IMG/VR virus record: IMGVR_UViG_3300033121_001553
Span: 32,001-96,000 of that record
DNA from: a virus
Taxonomy: Duplodnaviria; Caudoviricetes
Length of the DNA: 64,000 bases
Strand: one strand, 5' to 3'
Below the pieces are notes generated by a model. The model was not told the DNA's origin. It worked only from the letters and a program-made list of their open reading frames with translations, and ran no database searches. A program made the position numbers and the translations under genes. This document shows, piece after piece, positions 30,416 to 40,341 of this stretch; position 1 is the first letter of the stretch; the number at the start of each line of letters is the position of its first letter.

Positions 30416-30812
30416 TACACATTGCGCTGCGACGTCTAGACTGAACGTGTTCCACGGCTTGCTTGCCTGTCATTCCAGTCAGCTTACACAATGTCATACA
30501 TACGATTATTCCAGATCTGTTGTAGCCAGATATGCATGTAACAAGAACGTTCTTGCCACTTTCAACTTCTTGCGCAACAAGTTCAGCGGCAGATTCCCAC
30601 ATCTGGACGTAGTTTTTAAGGTCTTTAGCGATCGTCGTATCTTCACCGGGCGCAAGAATGATCTTTACACCACTGTATATCGATGCATCGGCGTTTTCTT
30701 TCGCAGCGAGCACAAGTGTATCAACGCCCGCATCAGAGAGTATTCTACCACCGGGCGGTGTACCGCCCTGGTAGAGACCATCGTACATCTTTGTTGCTTC
30801 ATATACTGCCAT
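30375..30812 (-). CDS. Dual-specificity/tyrosine phosphatase family protein
   Basis: VLVTCISGYNRSG (CX5R motif). Confidence 0.85.
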   Translation of the reverse strand: MAVYEATKMYDGLYQGGTPPGGRILSDAGVDTLVLAAKENADASIYSGVKIILAPGEDTTIAKDLKNYVQMWESAAELVAQEVESGKNVLVTCISGYNRSGIIVCMTLCKLTGMTGKQAVEHVQSRRRSAMCNDLFVEYIVEKYK

Positions 30813-30815
30813 TTT

Positions 30816-33800
30816 TTATCCGCACTTAGACCAAGAACAGTGCTTACAGCTAACACAGCCCTGTGAATAGAAAAGTTCTGTTGAACCGCAACCTTCGCAT
30901 TTCTTCATTGACGATGGCTTTGTACCATCGGCGATGTACTTCTTAAGCACTCTGCTTAGCGCTCTTGAAAATGAATGCATATCGCCGTTATCATCACGCT
31001 GTAGCTGTTCAACTATGAACTGCACAGGTACACCGTGTCTAAGCGACATTGATACAACGCGTGTAAATGCTCCTCCAGTTGGATCGTTGAAATGTTCCAC
31101 GATATTTCGTATCCTGATCGTTTTATCTGGATCACCGGAAGCATCCATGTCCATGATAAGATCGTACCTCGAGGATGACTTAGATTTATTTTTCTGTATC
31201 TTGCAGCTTGCATACCTCTTTGGCAAGATAACATTTTCAGACAAACCGCAGAAAATTTCGTACGGTCTTCCTTCCAACAAACCGATAAGAACAGTCCACT
31301 GCTGCGTCTGCTTCGTACCATCGTCGAGCGTTACACGAATATTCTGCCTGTGCACGTCGCAGTCAAGCAGCTCAGGTCGCTTTGGCGCATGATTATCAAC
31401 GATCTTACCAGCGTCTGAATTTGCTTCTTGACCGCTTTGAACGATCACACCAGTTCTAGAACCTTCTCTGTAGATCGTAAATCCTTTACAACCTGTACGC
31501 CATGCTTCGATGTACAACTCGCCAACTGTCTCCTTCGAGACATTCTGCGGTAGATTACACGTTTTTGAGATCGAGTGATCGATCCACTTTTGAGCTGCAG
31601 CTTGTATCAGAACAGAACCGATTGGATCGATCTCTGTAGCTGTCGAACCGTAGTACGGTGACTGGGTCACATCAGTGTTTCCTGTAACATTCATCCACTG
31701 CTTTAGACCATGATGCGTTATGTCAAACTCGATCCACGCATCACCGTTCTGATCGACGAAGTCTGGCTTCGTTCCTTCTGACGTTGCGTTGATCTTCTTA
31801 CGACGTTTGTACGACAGATAGATCGCTGGCTCTATACCACTCGTCGTCATCGTCATCGTTGATATCGTGCCGACGGGCGCTGTTGTCATCATCGCGATGT
31901 TACGTCTTCCGTATTTCTCATATCGCTTCTTGATATCAGGATTTTCGTTGAACACCCTAGCGATGTAAGGATGATCAGCTTCACGTTCGTAATCGTAGAT
32001 CGGAAACGCACCACGCTGTTCTGCAAGCAGAGTTGTCATGTTCGCGCAACCGAGCGCAGCCGTCTTGTAAAGACTCTCAACAAAGTCAACTGACTCCTTT
32101 CCGTAGCTGTATCCCATCATCGCGATAGCATCACCTACACCAGTGAGGCCGCAACCGCAACGTCGTCCATTGATATTTGCTTCAAGAATCTTGTACCATA
32201 GTTCAATCTCTCTTTCAAGATCGGCTACTTTGATACTTCTGTCGCTCTCATTCTCAATCTTTGAGATAATTTTACGTATTGCTTCAATTTCAAGATCGAT
32301 GATATCGTCCAAAAAGCGCAACATCATACCGCATTCTTCGTAAAAACTATCGTAGTCAAACGTAGCATTTGGAAGAAAGGGATTAAGGACAAATTTTGAA
32401 GCATTTACGACGCATAGTCTGCACGCGTCGTACGATGAAAGTGGGATTTCACCGCAATTCTTTACGCAGATACCAGAACATGTTACGTATTTTTCATCTT
32501 GTGTCGATGTTATAACATGATAGTTGTGATTATCATCAACAGTAATGTTATATACATCTGCGTATCCACAGTGTTTAACAGATACAACTTTGTGATTATC
32601 TGATACTTGATTTGCGAAATTTTCCCATGTTCCAAATCTAAAATCATTTGAAAGATGCTGTGGAAGTTCTTTTTCTTTTGCGTACTCGATCCAATCTTTT
32701 TTGGTAATCTTACCGTTTTTCTTAAAAAGCTTTTTGCCATGCTCAAGCAGTTGTTCATTTGTAAATCCACTGTATCTACCATTTTTATCACCAAGATGTA
32801 CAGCAAATTTTGTTTTCCATTCTTGGCTCATTTTGTGATAAGGATTTTTGCTACCTAGCATATTTTCTGTATGCAATTTTCTATGCTCTTCATGTGTCAT
32901 TACACAAAGATTATCGTAAGCATCATTTGTAGAGCAACAATCGCTGTGATGAATTGCATAAGCAGCTGAGTCTACGACTTCACCGCTATAAAATTCGTGG
33001 ATAAGTCTATATTGACGTCTATTTCTACGATGTCCATTCGTCATTTTTTGACCAGACATCGCAATTTGTCTATACCCATTATTCATAAACGAATAAAAAG
33101 GAAAAATAGAATCGCCTTCTTTTAGATCTTTCAATTCTACATAACGCAAATCACGTAGCAAAATTTTATGATCAGGCGTTGCAGTAAATTTTGTTCCATC
33201 ATCAAGTTCAAGACACCAAATTTCTGCATTACGTTTTGTTAGACGTGGATTTCTACCAAATTTTATTTCAACTTTACCAGTTGCTGTATTAGTTGAATAA
33301 ACAGGCACATCGCGTCCTTCGTCAGCAAGCTGTTTTATTGTTACAGCATTACGTCCATCTGCTACAGCAATAAGTGTATCACCGGTTATGCACGGATTTG
33401 TGCTAATTGTGCGATAACCATGATCAGCGTATAGATCAGCCGGACTATTCTTTATGATAGTATCCCAGAATAGAACACCAGGTTCTGCGCTTTGATGCGC
33501 CGCATCTATGATCGCATCCCACACTTCTCTTGCACGAACAAAATTCTTGATCTTTGGGTTAGCGCTGTCAACTGGCCAACGCTGCTCGTACAGCTCGTCA
33601 GCAACAACAGCTTTCATAAACTCATCTGTGCAGCGTATCGAAACATTAGCGCCTGTGACCTTCTCACGATTACGCTTAATGTTGATGAACGTCATTATCT
33701 CTGGATGATGACACGAAATCGTTATCATCAATGCGCCGCGTCGACCGTCTTGACCGACTTCTCTGCACGTATTTGAATAACGTTCCATGAATACGCCAAT

Positions 33801-34274
33801 GCCAGCTGTCGTACGAGCTGCATTCGACGTAAACATTCCTTGCGGTCTGATATTCGAGATATCAACACCAACGCCACCACGACGTTTCATGATCTGAGCA
33901 AGATGTTCATCTGCTCTCATGATACCGCCGTAAGTGTCAGACGGAGAGTCAACAACAAAACAGTTCGAAAGCGACTGAATTTGATATTTGTTACCAATAG
34001 CAGACAGCGGACTTCCCTGCGGAACAATGATCCACTTTGAAATACGATCGTAGATATTTTCGTAGCTAACAGGCTCAGGATATTTCTTTTCAATACGAGC
34101 GATCTCTCTCGCAACGCGTGCAAACATATCTGCTGGAGTTTTTTCAACGAACTCGCCATTTTCATTCTTAAGAGCATACTTTTTGACGAAATTGTCAGTT
34201 GCAAATTCATCACCATTAAAATACTCAAGCGAAGCTGCGTATACTTCTTCTTTTGTGTATGTTTGCTTACTCAT
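30816..34274 (-). CDS. nrdJ: Class II (B12-dependent) ribonucleotide reductase with intein
   Basis: SLSNCFV, GGVG, RRGALM, TNPC/GEIPL, APVGTIS, SISKTCN and C-terminal Zn ribbon; no small subunit nearby. Confidence 0.92.
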   Translation of the reverse strand: MSKQTYTKEEVYAASLEYFNGDEFATDNFVKKYALKNENGEFVEKTPADMFARVAREIARIEKKYPEPVSYENIYDRISKWIIVPQGSPLSAIGNKYQIQSLSNCFVVDSPSDTYGGIMRADEHLAQIMKRRGGVGVDISNIRPQGMFTSNAARTTAGIGVFMERYSNTCREVGQDGRRGALMITISCHHPEIMTFINIKRNREKVTGANVSIRCTDEFMKAVVADELYEQRWPVDSANPKIKNFVRAREVWDAIIDAAHQSAEPGVLFWDTIIKNSPADLYADHGYRTISTNPCITGDTLIAVADGRNAVTIKQLADEGRDVPVYSTNTATGKVEIKFGRNPRLTKRNAEIWCLELDDGTKFTATPDHKILLRDLRYVELKDLKEGDSIFPFYSFMNNGYRQIAMSGQKMTNGHRRNRRQYRLIHEFYSGEVVDSAAYAIHHSDCCSTNDAYDNLCVMTHEEHRKLHTENMLGSKNPYHKMSQEWKTKFAVHLGDKNGRYSGFTNEQLLEHGKKLFKKNGKITKKDWIEYAKEKELPQHLSNDFRFGTWENFANQVSDNHKVVSVKHCGYADVYNITVDDNHNYHVITSTQDEKYVTCSGICVKNCGEIPLSSYDACRLCVVNASKFVLNPFLPNATFDYDSFYEECGMMLRFLDDIIDLEIEAIRKIISKIENESDRSIKVADLEREIELWYKILEANINGRRCGCGLTGVGDAIAMMGYSYGKESVDFVESLYKTAALGCANMTTLLAEQRGAFPIYDYEREADHPYIARVFNENPDIKKRYEKYGRRNIAMMTTAPVGTISTMTMTTSGIEPAIYLSYKRRKKINATSEGTKPDFVDQNGDAWIEFDITHHGLKQWMNVTGNTDVTQSPYYGSTATEIDPIGSVLIQAAAQKWIDHSISKTCNLPQNVSKETVGELYIEAWRTGCKGFTIYREGSRTGVIVQSGQEANSDAGKIVDNHAPKRPELLDCDVHRQNIRVTLDDGTKQTQQWTVLIGLLEGRPYEIFCGLSENVILPKRYASCKIQKNKSKSSSRYDLIMDMDASGDPDKTIRIRNIVEHFNDPTGGAFTRVVSMSLRHGVPVQFIVEQLQRDDNGDMHSFSRALSRVLKKYIADGTKPSSMKKCEGCGSTELFYSQGCVSCKHCSWSKCG
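32457..33392 (-). mobile_element. Intein (312 aa) with HNH-type homing endonuclease
   Basis: Inserted at NP/CGE. Begins CITGDT; block B ATPDHK; central IHH..N....NL....EH..LH; block F VYNITV; ends VKN/C. More AT-rich than the flanks. Confidence 0.92.
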
Positions 34275-35124
34275 TTTCTGTCTGTCCCTCTATCATAAGC
34301 CGGTAGTTGTAGTTTTTAAACCTTGTCTTCATTACCTCGATCGCCTGAGGATTTTGATCTATTAGCACAGAGTCTCTTGAATGAAGCTCAGCTGACTCTC
34401 CTAGCGTTCCGCTACCTGCAAAAAAGTCAAGCAGCTTATCGCCGGGTTTCGAATGCACTTTTACGATTCTGTTTATGACTCCAAGCGGTTTTTGCGTCGG
34501 ATACCCAGTTTTCTCTTTGCTGTTTGGCGATACAATAGTATGCCACCATGTGTCTGTAAGCGTCTTGCCACGCTCTGCTTTCTCTGCTCCAACGAGCGAT
34601 GGTGCCATGTACGGTATACGCTCAACTTCATCGTAGTTGAAGCAGTAGTCATTTGGATCTTTCGCATACCAAAGTATATTGTTATGCTTTACAGACCATC
34701 TGCTTGTTGATCTAGCGCCGTAGTCGTAAGCCCATACAATTTCGTTTATAAATGACTCACGACCAAAAATTTCATCACAAAGCACTTTTACATAGTGAAC
34801 TTCTCTGTAGTCGAGATGCACAAAGATGCTACCGTTCGACTTTAGAATTCTTTTTGCTTCGACGAGTCTCTTTGATATGAAGTCGATGTATTCGTCGTAA
34901 CCAAATTTATCATCGTATTCATTTACGACATCTGACTTTACAGTCTTGTATTTTCTTCCGCCGTATCCAACGCGATCCCCGTCTTTATCTGATACTGTTT
35001 TTATCGTAGAACGTTTCTGTTTTACGCCAGTGTTGAACGGCGGATCTATGTAAATCAAGCTGAATTCTTCATCTTTGAAGGACTTCAGCAAAGACAGGTT
35101 ATCGCCCTGATAAACTGTTATCAT
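34267..35124 (-). CDS. DNA methyltransferase, N6-A/N4-C beta class
   Basis: IYIDPPF before YPTQKP and DFFAGSGT. Confidence 0.93.
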   Translation of the reverse strand: MITVYQGDNLSLLKSFKDEEFSLIYIDPPFNTGVKQKRSTIKTVSDKDGDRVGYGGRKYKTVKSDVVNEYDDKFGYDEYIDFISKRLVEAKRILKSNGSIFVHLDYREVHYVKVLCDEIFGRESFINEIVWAYDYGARSTSRWSVKHNNILWYAKDPNDYCFNYDEVERIPYMAPSLVGAEKAERGKTLTDTWWHTIVSPNSKEKTGYPTQKPLGVINRIVKVHSKPGDKLLDFFAGSGTLGESAELHSRDSVLIDQNPQAIEVMKTRFKNYNYRLMIEGQTENE

Positions 35125-36605
35125 CTCTTTTCGCCTGCCAACGTTTCAAGCTTTACACCTTCGTCTGACATTTCTTTCCACTTTGCACGAAGTTTTGACT
35201 TCATGTCTTCTTCGTCAGACTGTCTCACCATCTCAGGTGTCACGTTCTCACCAACTACTGCGAACTTTGAATGCGCTGTATCGATAGAAACATTCCACAA
35301 AAGCCCATCGCGGCCTGCACGATTTTTCGCTATAAACATCCTACCAGTGCCAAGTGACTTCTCAGCAGATTTTCTTGAAAGTGAAATAACAACATCTGTG
35401 ATGAAAGCTTTGCTATACGACTCTGACATGTTGGTCAGATCGATAACATCAGCGTTGCTGCCGTCTCTGTTGGACTGCGAAGCTGTAATAACTGGCACTC
35501 TTTGCTCAACAGCAAGACCGCGCAGCTCTTGATAGATAAGCGCAAGCTCATGTCGAAGCGCATCGTACTGTCTGGTGCTACGCATGATATCTGCGTAGTC
35601 AACGATGATAACATCGGGTACAAAACCCTTTAGCGCGAGTCTTTCGATGTGAGAACGTAGCGTAAATACGCTCGCAGTATTCGGTGGGTAGCTCGCTATC
35701 TTCAAAGATCCAAGTGAAGCAGCATTCTCTGCGTAGTACTGCTTAACAACGTCTTTATTTTCAATGATGTCATCGCAAGCGATTCCAGTAAGGTTCGCAT
35801 CGTAACGCAAACCGATCTGCTCAGCGCTAAGCTCAAATGTAAAATGAAGCACATTTTTCTTTTGCTTCAATGCATTTGCGCCAAAAAAAGTCATAAAGTG
35901 CGACTTGCCAGCGCCAGACGGTGCAATGATAACAATAATCTCGCCCCTTCCAAGGCCACCATTTAGCACGCCCTTTGCATCAAGTTCTGGCATGCCTGTG
36001 CAGATACATTCGCGCTTCATAGCAACGAATCTGCTGTCCATGTCTTCTATCAAGTCGTGACCAAGACTTGACGGCGAACCAACAACAACTGCGCGCTTTA
36101 CAACATCAACGATAGACTCGTACTTATCGACATCCATCAAGTCAACAGCTTTTTCAAGCGCAGACTTAAGTGCCTGTTTCTTGCAAAAGTCTCTTGACTT
36201 GTCTTTAACATAAGCAAGATCTGAAGGATCTGGATTCTGCTTGATACGCTGAACATAGTCGATGACATTATCTCTCATCGCAATGTCAACTGTTGTACGT
36301 AGCTCATCAGCAACGATTGTAATGAGCAGCGGAAGCGTTGGAAATGTCTTGTATTTCCTGTAATGAGAGAAGTACCTCTCGACAAGATAACGAAGATACT
36401 TTAGCTCGAAGTGCTCATGCGTCATCACCTCGATCATCTCGCTTGCCCACTGTCTATCGGCGAAAAGCGCTTGGACAGTTTTTTCTTGAAATGTTTTACC
36501 GTACTGTCCAAGCGTAGCTACTGTTGTAGTCACTTCGTCTTCTGTCGAAACTTCAGCAGGAGATGTATCTTCAATTTCGTATTCTGTCACGCTAACTGCT
36601 CCCAT
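35121..36605 (-). CDS. dnaB: Replicative DnaB/T4 gp41-like helicase
   Basis: APSGAGKS, FELS, IVDYAD, TASQSNR and AKNRAG motifs. Confidence 0.9.
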   Translation of the reverse strand: MGAVSVTEYEIEDTSPAEVSTEDEVTTTVATLGQYGKTFQEKTVQALFADRQWASEMIEVMTHEHFELKYLRYLVERYFSHYRKYKTFPTLPLLITIVADELRTTVDIAMRDNVIDYVQRIKQNPDPSDLAYVKDKSRDFCKKQALKSALEKAVDLMDVDKYESIVDVVKRAVVVGSPSSLGHDLIEDMDSRFVAMKRECICTGMPELDAKGVLNGGLGRGEIIVIIAPSGAGKSHFMTFFGANALKQKKNVLHFTFELSAEQIGLRYDANLTGIACDDIIENKDVVKQYYAENAASLGSLKIASYPPNTASVFTLRSHIERLALKGFVPDVIIVDYADIMRSTRQYDALRHELALIYQELRGLAVEQRVPVITASQSNRDGSNADVIDLTNMSESYSKAFITDVVISLSRKSAEKSLGTGRMFIAKNRAGRDGLLWNVSIDTAHSKFAVVGENVTPEMVRQSDEEDMKSKLRAKWKEMSDEGVKLETLAGEKR

Positions 36606-37540
36606 TTTCCACCTTTAATTCCTGCAAGCGATTGAAAAAAACTATCCGCTTCAAACACACCAGCGCCCAACGATACAAGCAACTTGATAAATTCAAGCTT
36701 GTTAAATGTACCATCATATAGTTCTATAGAGTCGTCTATTTTTTTTATTTGCGAATGCGTTAGCATCGAGCCGTCGAGCTTCACAAGTCTCAAATTAAGC
36801 TCAACCTTGTTCCACTCGTCTATAACACGTTTGTAAAGCGCGCTATCATCGCTGTGCGACATGCTGTAAAGCTTTATTTCATTAAGCGAACATTCGTTAT
36901 CTGTTGTTACGATTGGAAACAACTTTGTGAATGTCTTGTAGCCAAGTCCACGCACACCTTGAACATTGTCTGATGTGTCTCCGCACATAGCTTTAAGCAC
37001 AGCAAAATTTTTCGAATGCACGCGAAAACGTTCGTAAACTTCAGCGTCTGTTACGAAGCTTTTCTTCTTTATATTGTAAACACGCGTTTTTTCGTCTATC
37101 AGCTGGTAGTAGTCCATATCTGACGAAGCAATGATCTTTTCTTCATCGCGAAAATTAAACGCTAGACGTGCAATTATGTCGTCTCCTTCGCAATCTTCAA
37201 CATAAACTTGCATAATTGGAACGCAACGAAGCATTCTTATGAGATGCGAAAGCTGCCAGTCACGATTTTCCTTCGTTTCTGGTATGTCATCTTCATAAAA
37301 ACGATTCAATTTTTGTGGTTTACGCGTCATCTTGTAGCCGCCATCTAGATTACGACGACGTCTTGAACCGCCGCTCTCCCACGCAACTGCTATTCTTGTT
37401 GGGTGCGTTTCATTTATGATCTTTGAAAGCATCTTCAAAAATCCAACTGTACCACCCATATGCTGCCCAGTAGTTGACACATTTGGAAATGCAGAAAATG
37501 CTGTGCAGAACAGATTCAGTCCATCGATAAGAAGAATCAT
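36593..37540 (-). CDS. 5'-3' exonuclease / RNase H (FEN family)
   Basis: LLIDG, YK..R, EGDD, SSDMD and GDTSDNVQGVRGLG motifs. ATG 37540; TTA two codons before the TGA at 36587. Confidence 0.9.
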
Positions 37541-37595
37541 GCAATGTAATTTACGTGTAACCCTATGGCATGTCAAACAGACAGACTGGTGACAG

Positions 37596-37649
37596 TTCGA
37601 GCTTGGCATGTAGCTCATGTATGTATGCACGAGTCATGCCAAGCTCGAA
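37596..37649. repeat. Perfect 15-bp inverted repeat (24-nt spacer)
   Basis: TTCGAGCTTGGCATG (37596-37610) and CATGCCAAGCTCGAA (37635-37649). Confidence 0.95.
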
Positions 37650-37657
37650 AGATTTTT

Positions 37658-38131
37658 TAACGTTCCTGAAGAACCGAGTCCGCCGATACCACGAATTCCG
37701 TTGGATCCGCCAGAGTAATCAGTAGATGTAATGTTCTCTCTGTACCATTCCAGTGATCGATGAACTATATCAATCTTTTCGTACACTTGCGGTATCATCT
37801 GCGCGATACGATCACCTTTTGCAACGCGTAGCTCTTTATTTGTAACGTTTCTAAGTGCTACGATTATTTCTCCTGTGTAGCCAGGATCGATAACTCCTCC
37901 AACAGCGATCAACCCGCGTGCCGCCATTGAAGAACGAGACTCAATCTTCATGTAAAAATTCCCATTGACAACAATCGTTCTTATGCCAGTGTTGATCTTT
38001 TCACATTCAAATGGTCTGATGACATAGTCATCAAGCGCGTACAAGTCATACCCAACATCGTTATGATACGCTTTCGTTGGAACGATGGCTGAATCGTTCG
38101 TGACAACAATGATGAATGACTTTTCATTCAT
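37658..38131 (-). CDS. dut: Trimeric dUTPase
   Basis: GYDL, SRSS, GVIDPGYTGEI, GDRIAQ and RGIGGLGSSG motifs; motif 5 is followed by T then TTA (standard stop 37634). ATG 38131. Confidence 0.93.
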
Positions 38132-39314
38132 TCTCTGGGTCCTTTTCATCATCAACTGATCCAGCGTTCTCGTTAGAGGGATCGACAAAGCTATTCGCGT
38201 AAGCGGCATCGATTGCTTCGTCAATGAACAACGAGTACTCTGGATCTTTAATGATAGTATCAAAATCAGCTTTATGAAACTTCTTTTCAACAAGATGCTC
38301 GCCAGTTTGATTACTTGTTACGAGCAACTGCTTCCATGCTTGCTCGCCTTCGATCCTGATCTCGTAGTCCTTTGACTTCACAGGTCCATGCTGACGTAGA
38401 ACATCAAAAATTTGCTCGTGCTCAACGATGCCCTTGCCAAAGTGTATCTCAAAGCTAACTTTTCGATAGGGAGCTGAGATCTTATTCTTTTTGATGAAGG
38501 CATTAACTTCAATGCCGTAAATCTCTCCTGTCTTTGGATGTTTGAGATGACCGCCGCCTGTCAAGCTGATTCTCACGGAAGCGTGGAACGGTATGGCCAT
38601 ACCTCCCGGTGTGACGTTTGGATCACCGTACATAACACCGATCTTTTGTCTTATCTGGTTACAACAAAACATCAATGCGTTTGTATCACCAATGATGCCA
38701 GTTATCTTGCGCATCCCCTTGGAGATCGTACGCGCCTGTAGGCCTATTGTGCTTGAGTCGTAGTCACCCTCAAGCTCAGCTTTTGGAGACGTAGCTGCGA
38801 CAGAGTCCCAAACAACGAGTATTGGTGCTTTCGATGTACTGGCGAGATCTTTTGCTTTCAGTACTGTCTTCTCAGCTATCGTAAAAACTTCTTCTGTACA
38901 ATGGGTATCGCAGTACACAAATCGCTTCGATACATCGATACCCATCATCTTTAGCTTTTCGATAGACGTTGCGTTCTCGGTATCGATATAAACAACAAGA
39001 CCGCCCATATTCTGTATGTTTTGGGCAGAAGCATACGCTATATGCGACTTACCAATGCTCGGCGGGCCAAAAATCTCAACGATTCTTCCCACAGGAAGCC
39101 CTCCGCCAGATCGACCTGCGATTGCGTAGTCAAGCTGACGAGAACCTGTTGACACCCACTGCTTCACTACAGTTGGAGCTTCATCTGACGATAGGTTGAA
39201 TGCAACACGCTGACCCATGTCTTTGTTGAGACTAGAGATCAGCTCGGCCGTGAAATCCTCAACGGGCTTCACGGCCGAATCTGTTGCATCCTCCCGCTTT
39301 TTACGAGGAGGCAT
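38124..39314 (-). CDS. recA: RecA/UvsX-family recombinase
   Basis: GGLPVGRIVEIFGPPSIGKS, YIDTE, WDSVAA, NQIR, TPGG and KNK motifs. Confidence 0.93.
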   Translation of the reverse strand: MPPRKKREDATDSAVKPVEDFTAELISSLNKDMGQRVAFNLSSDEAPTVVKQWVSTGSRQLDYAIAGRSGGGLPVGRIVEIFGPPSIGKSHIAYASAQNIQNMGGLVVYIDTENATSIEKLKMMGIDVSKRFVYCDTHCTEEVFTIAEKTVLKAKDLASTSKAPILVVWDSVAATSPKAELEGDYDSSTIGLQARTISKGMRKITGIIGDTNALMFCCNQIRQKIGVMYGDPNVTPGGMAIPFHASVRISLTGGGHLKHPKTGEIYGIEVNAFIKKNKISAPYRKVSFEIHFGKGIVEHEQIFDVLRQHGPVKSKDYEIRIEGEQAWKQLLVTSNQTGEHLVEKKFHKADFDTIIKDPEYSLFIDEAIDAAYANSFVDPSNENAGSVDDEKDPENE

Positions 39315-39341
39315 GCATTTTCCTTTCTTCTAAATTAGCTT

Positions 39342-40142
39342 TAAGCTATTTCCACCAAGCTCTGCTAGAGCAGCATCAAGATCAGAAACTGTCTTCTGCT
39401 TCTCAGCCGGTGCACGTGCAGTCACAGCAAGATCAGCGACAACCTTATCAAGGCTATCAACTTGGGAACCTGCACGCTCGGTTGTCTCCTCTGACGGAGA
39501 CATCCAACGCTCAAGCAGTTCCTTGAGCTCTTCGTACGTTGGATACGTAACAATATCGGACGTTTGCGGCATATTTTCAAGCCACTTCTTTTCTTTTGCT
39601 TGATCTTTCGTAAGAACAGAAGGCTTACGTGCTGCATCGACAACAACATCAAGCGTCTGCTTACCTTGCCACACTCTGCCTGAAGGCTTCAGTGTGACAG
39701 TCAAGTCATACCCTTCCTTCTGATGAGTGAAGTCACCGATTTCTTCATTCGTGAAGAATGAAAGCAAGCGATCATAAACGTTCCTATTGAACGACCACAA
39801 CATCCAACCGGCGTCTTCATTCGCTCGATCAATGATCAAAGCGTATGTTGTCATCTTCGGATAGAGTTGCTTGCACAGTTCTCTATCTTCTGGTCTACCT
39901 GTCTTTTGAAGCTTCACGATAAAGTCATGAATTGGATCAGGCTTGCCAAGCTGGTGGAGCGTTGCCTTTCTACGCTCTTTACCAATATAGTAATAATGAA
40001 CCTCACGAAATGGAAGCCCATTTTCAAACCACGGAAGCACACGAACTTTGTATTCACCCTGCTCTGGTTTCCAGAGCGGAACACTAGAGCGATTATTCAA
40101 CGAGTTGATCTTCTTCTTAACTGCTTCGAGATCTAGCGGCAT
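39342..40142 (-). CDS. ssDNA-binding protein (gp32-like)
   Basis: WKP..G..KVRVLP, DPI and GYDL motifs, DLDAAL tail, position next to recA. Ends GGNS-TTA (standard stop 39330). Confidence 0.75.
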
Positions 40143-40305
40143 TTTTTCTTTTCTTTCTTTTACTTTTTAGTTGTTTCGGTTTTTCGTTTACAAGTTCTTC
40201 GGATGAGTAACCAAGCGGAGCAGTAAATCCAGCTACAGCTGCCGTTGTGGTAAATTCATCTATCACAGCTTCAACAAATAGCTTGATTAGTTGCTCTTGA
40301 TTCAT
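40117..40305 (-). CDS. Small protein with propeptide-like N-terminus and basic C-terminus
   Basis: MNQEQLIKLFVEAVIDE/FTTTAAVAGFTAPLG...KSKRKKRK. Confidence 0.65.
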   Translation of the reverse strand: MNQEQLIKLFVEAVIDEFTTTAAVAGFTAPLGYSSEELVNEKPKQLKSKRKKRKNAARSRSS

Positions 40306-40341
40306 ATTACAATGTTTCCCAAGTGGTTACAACTTTTTTAA

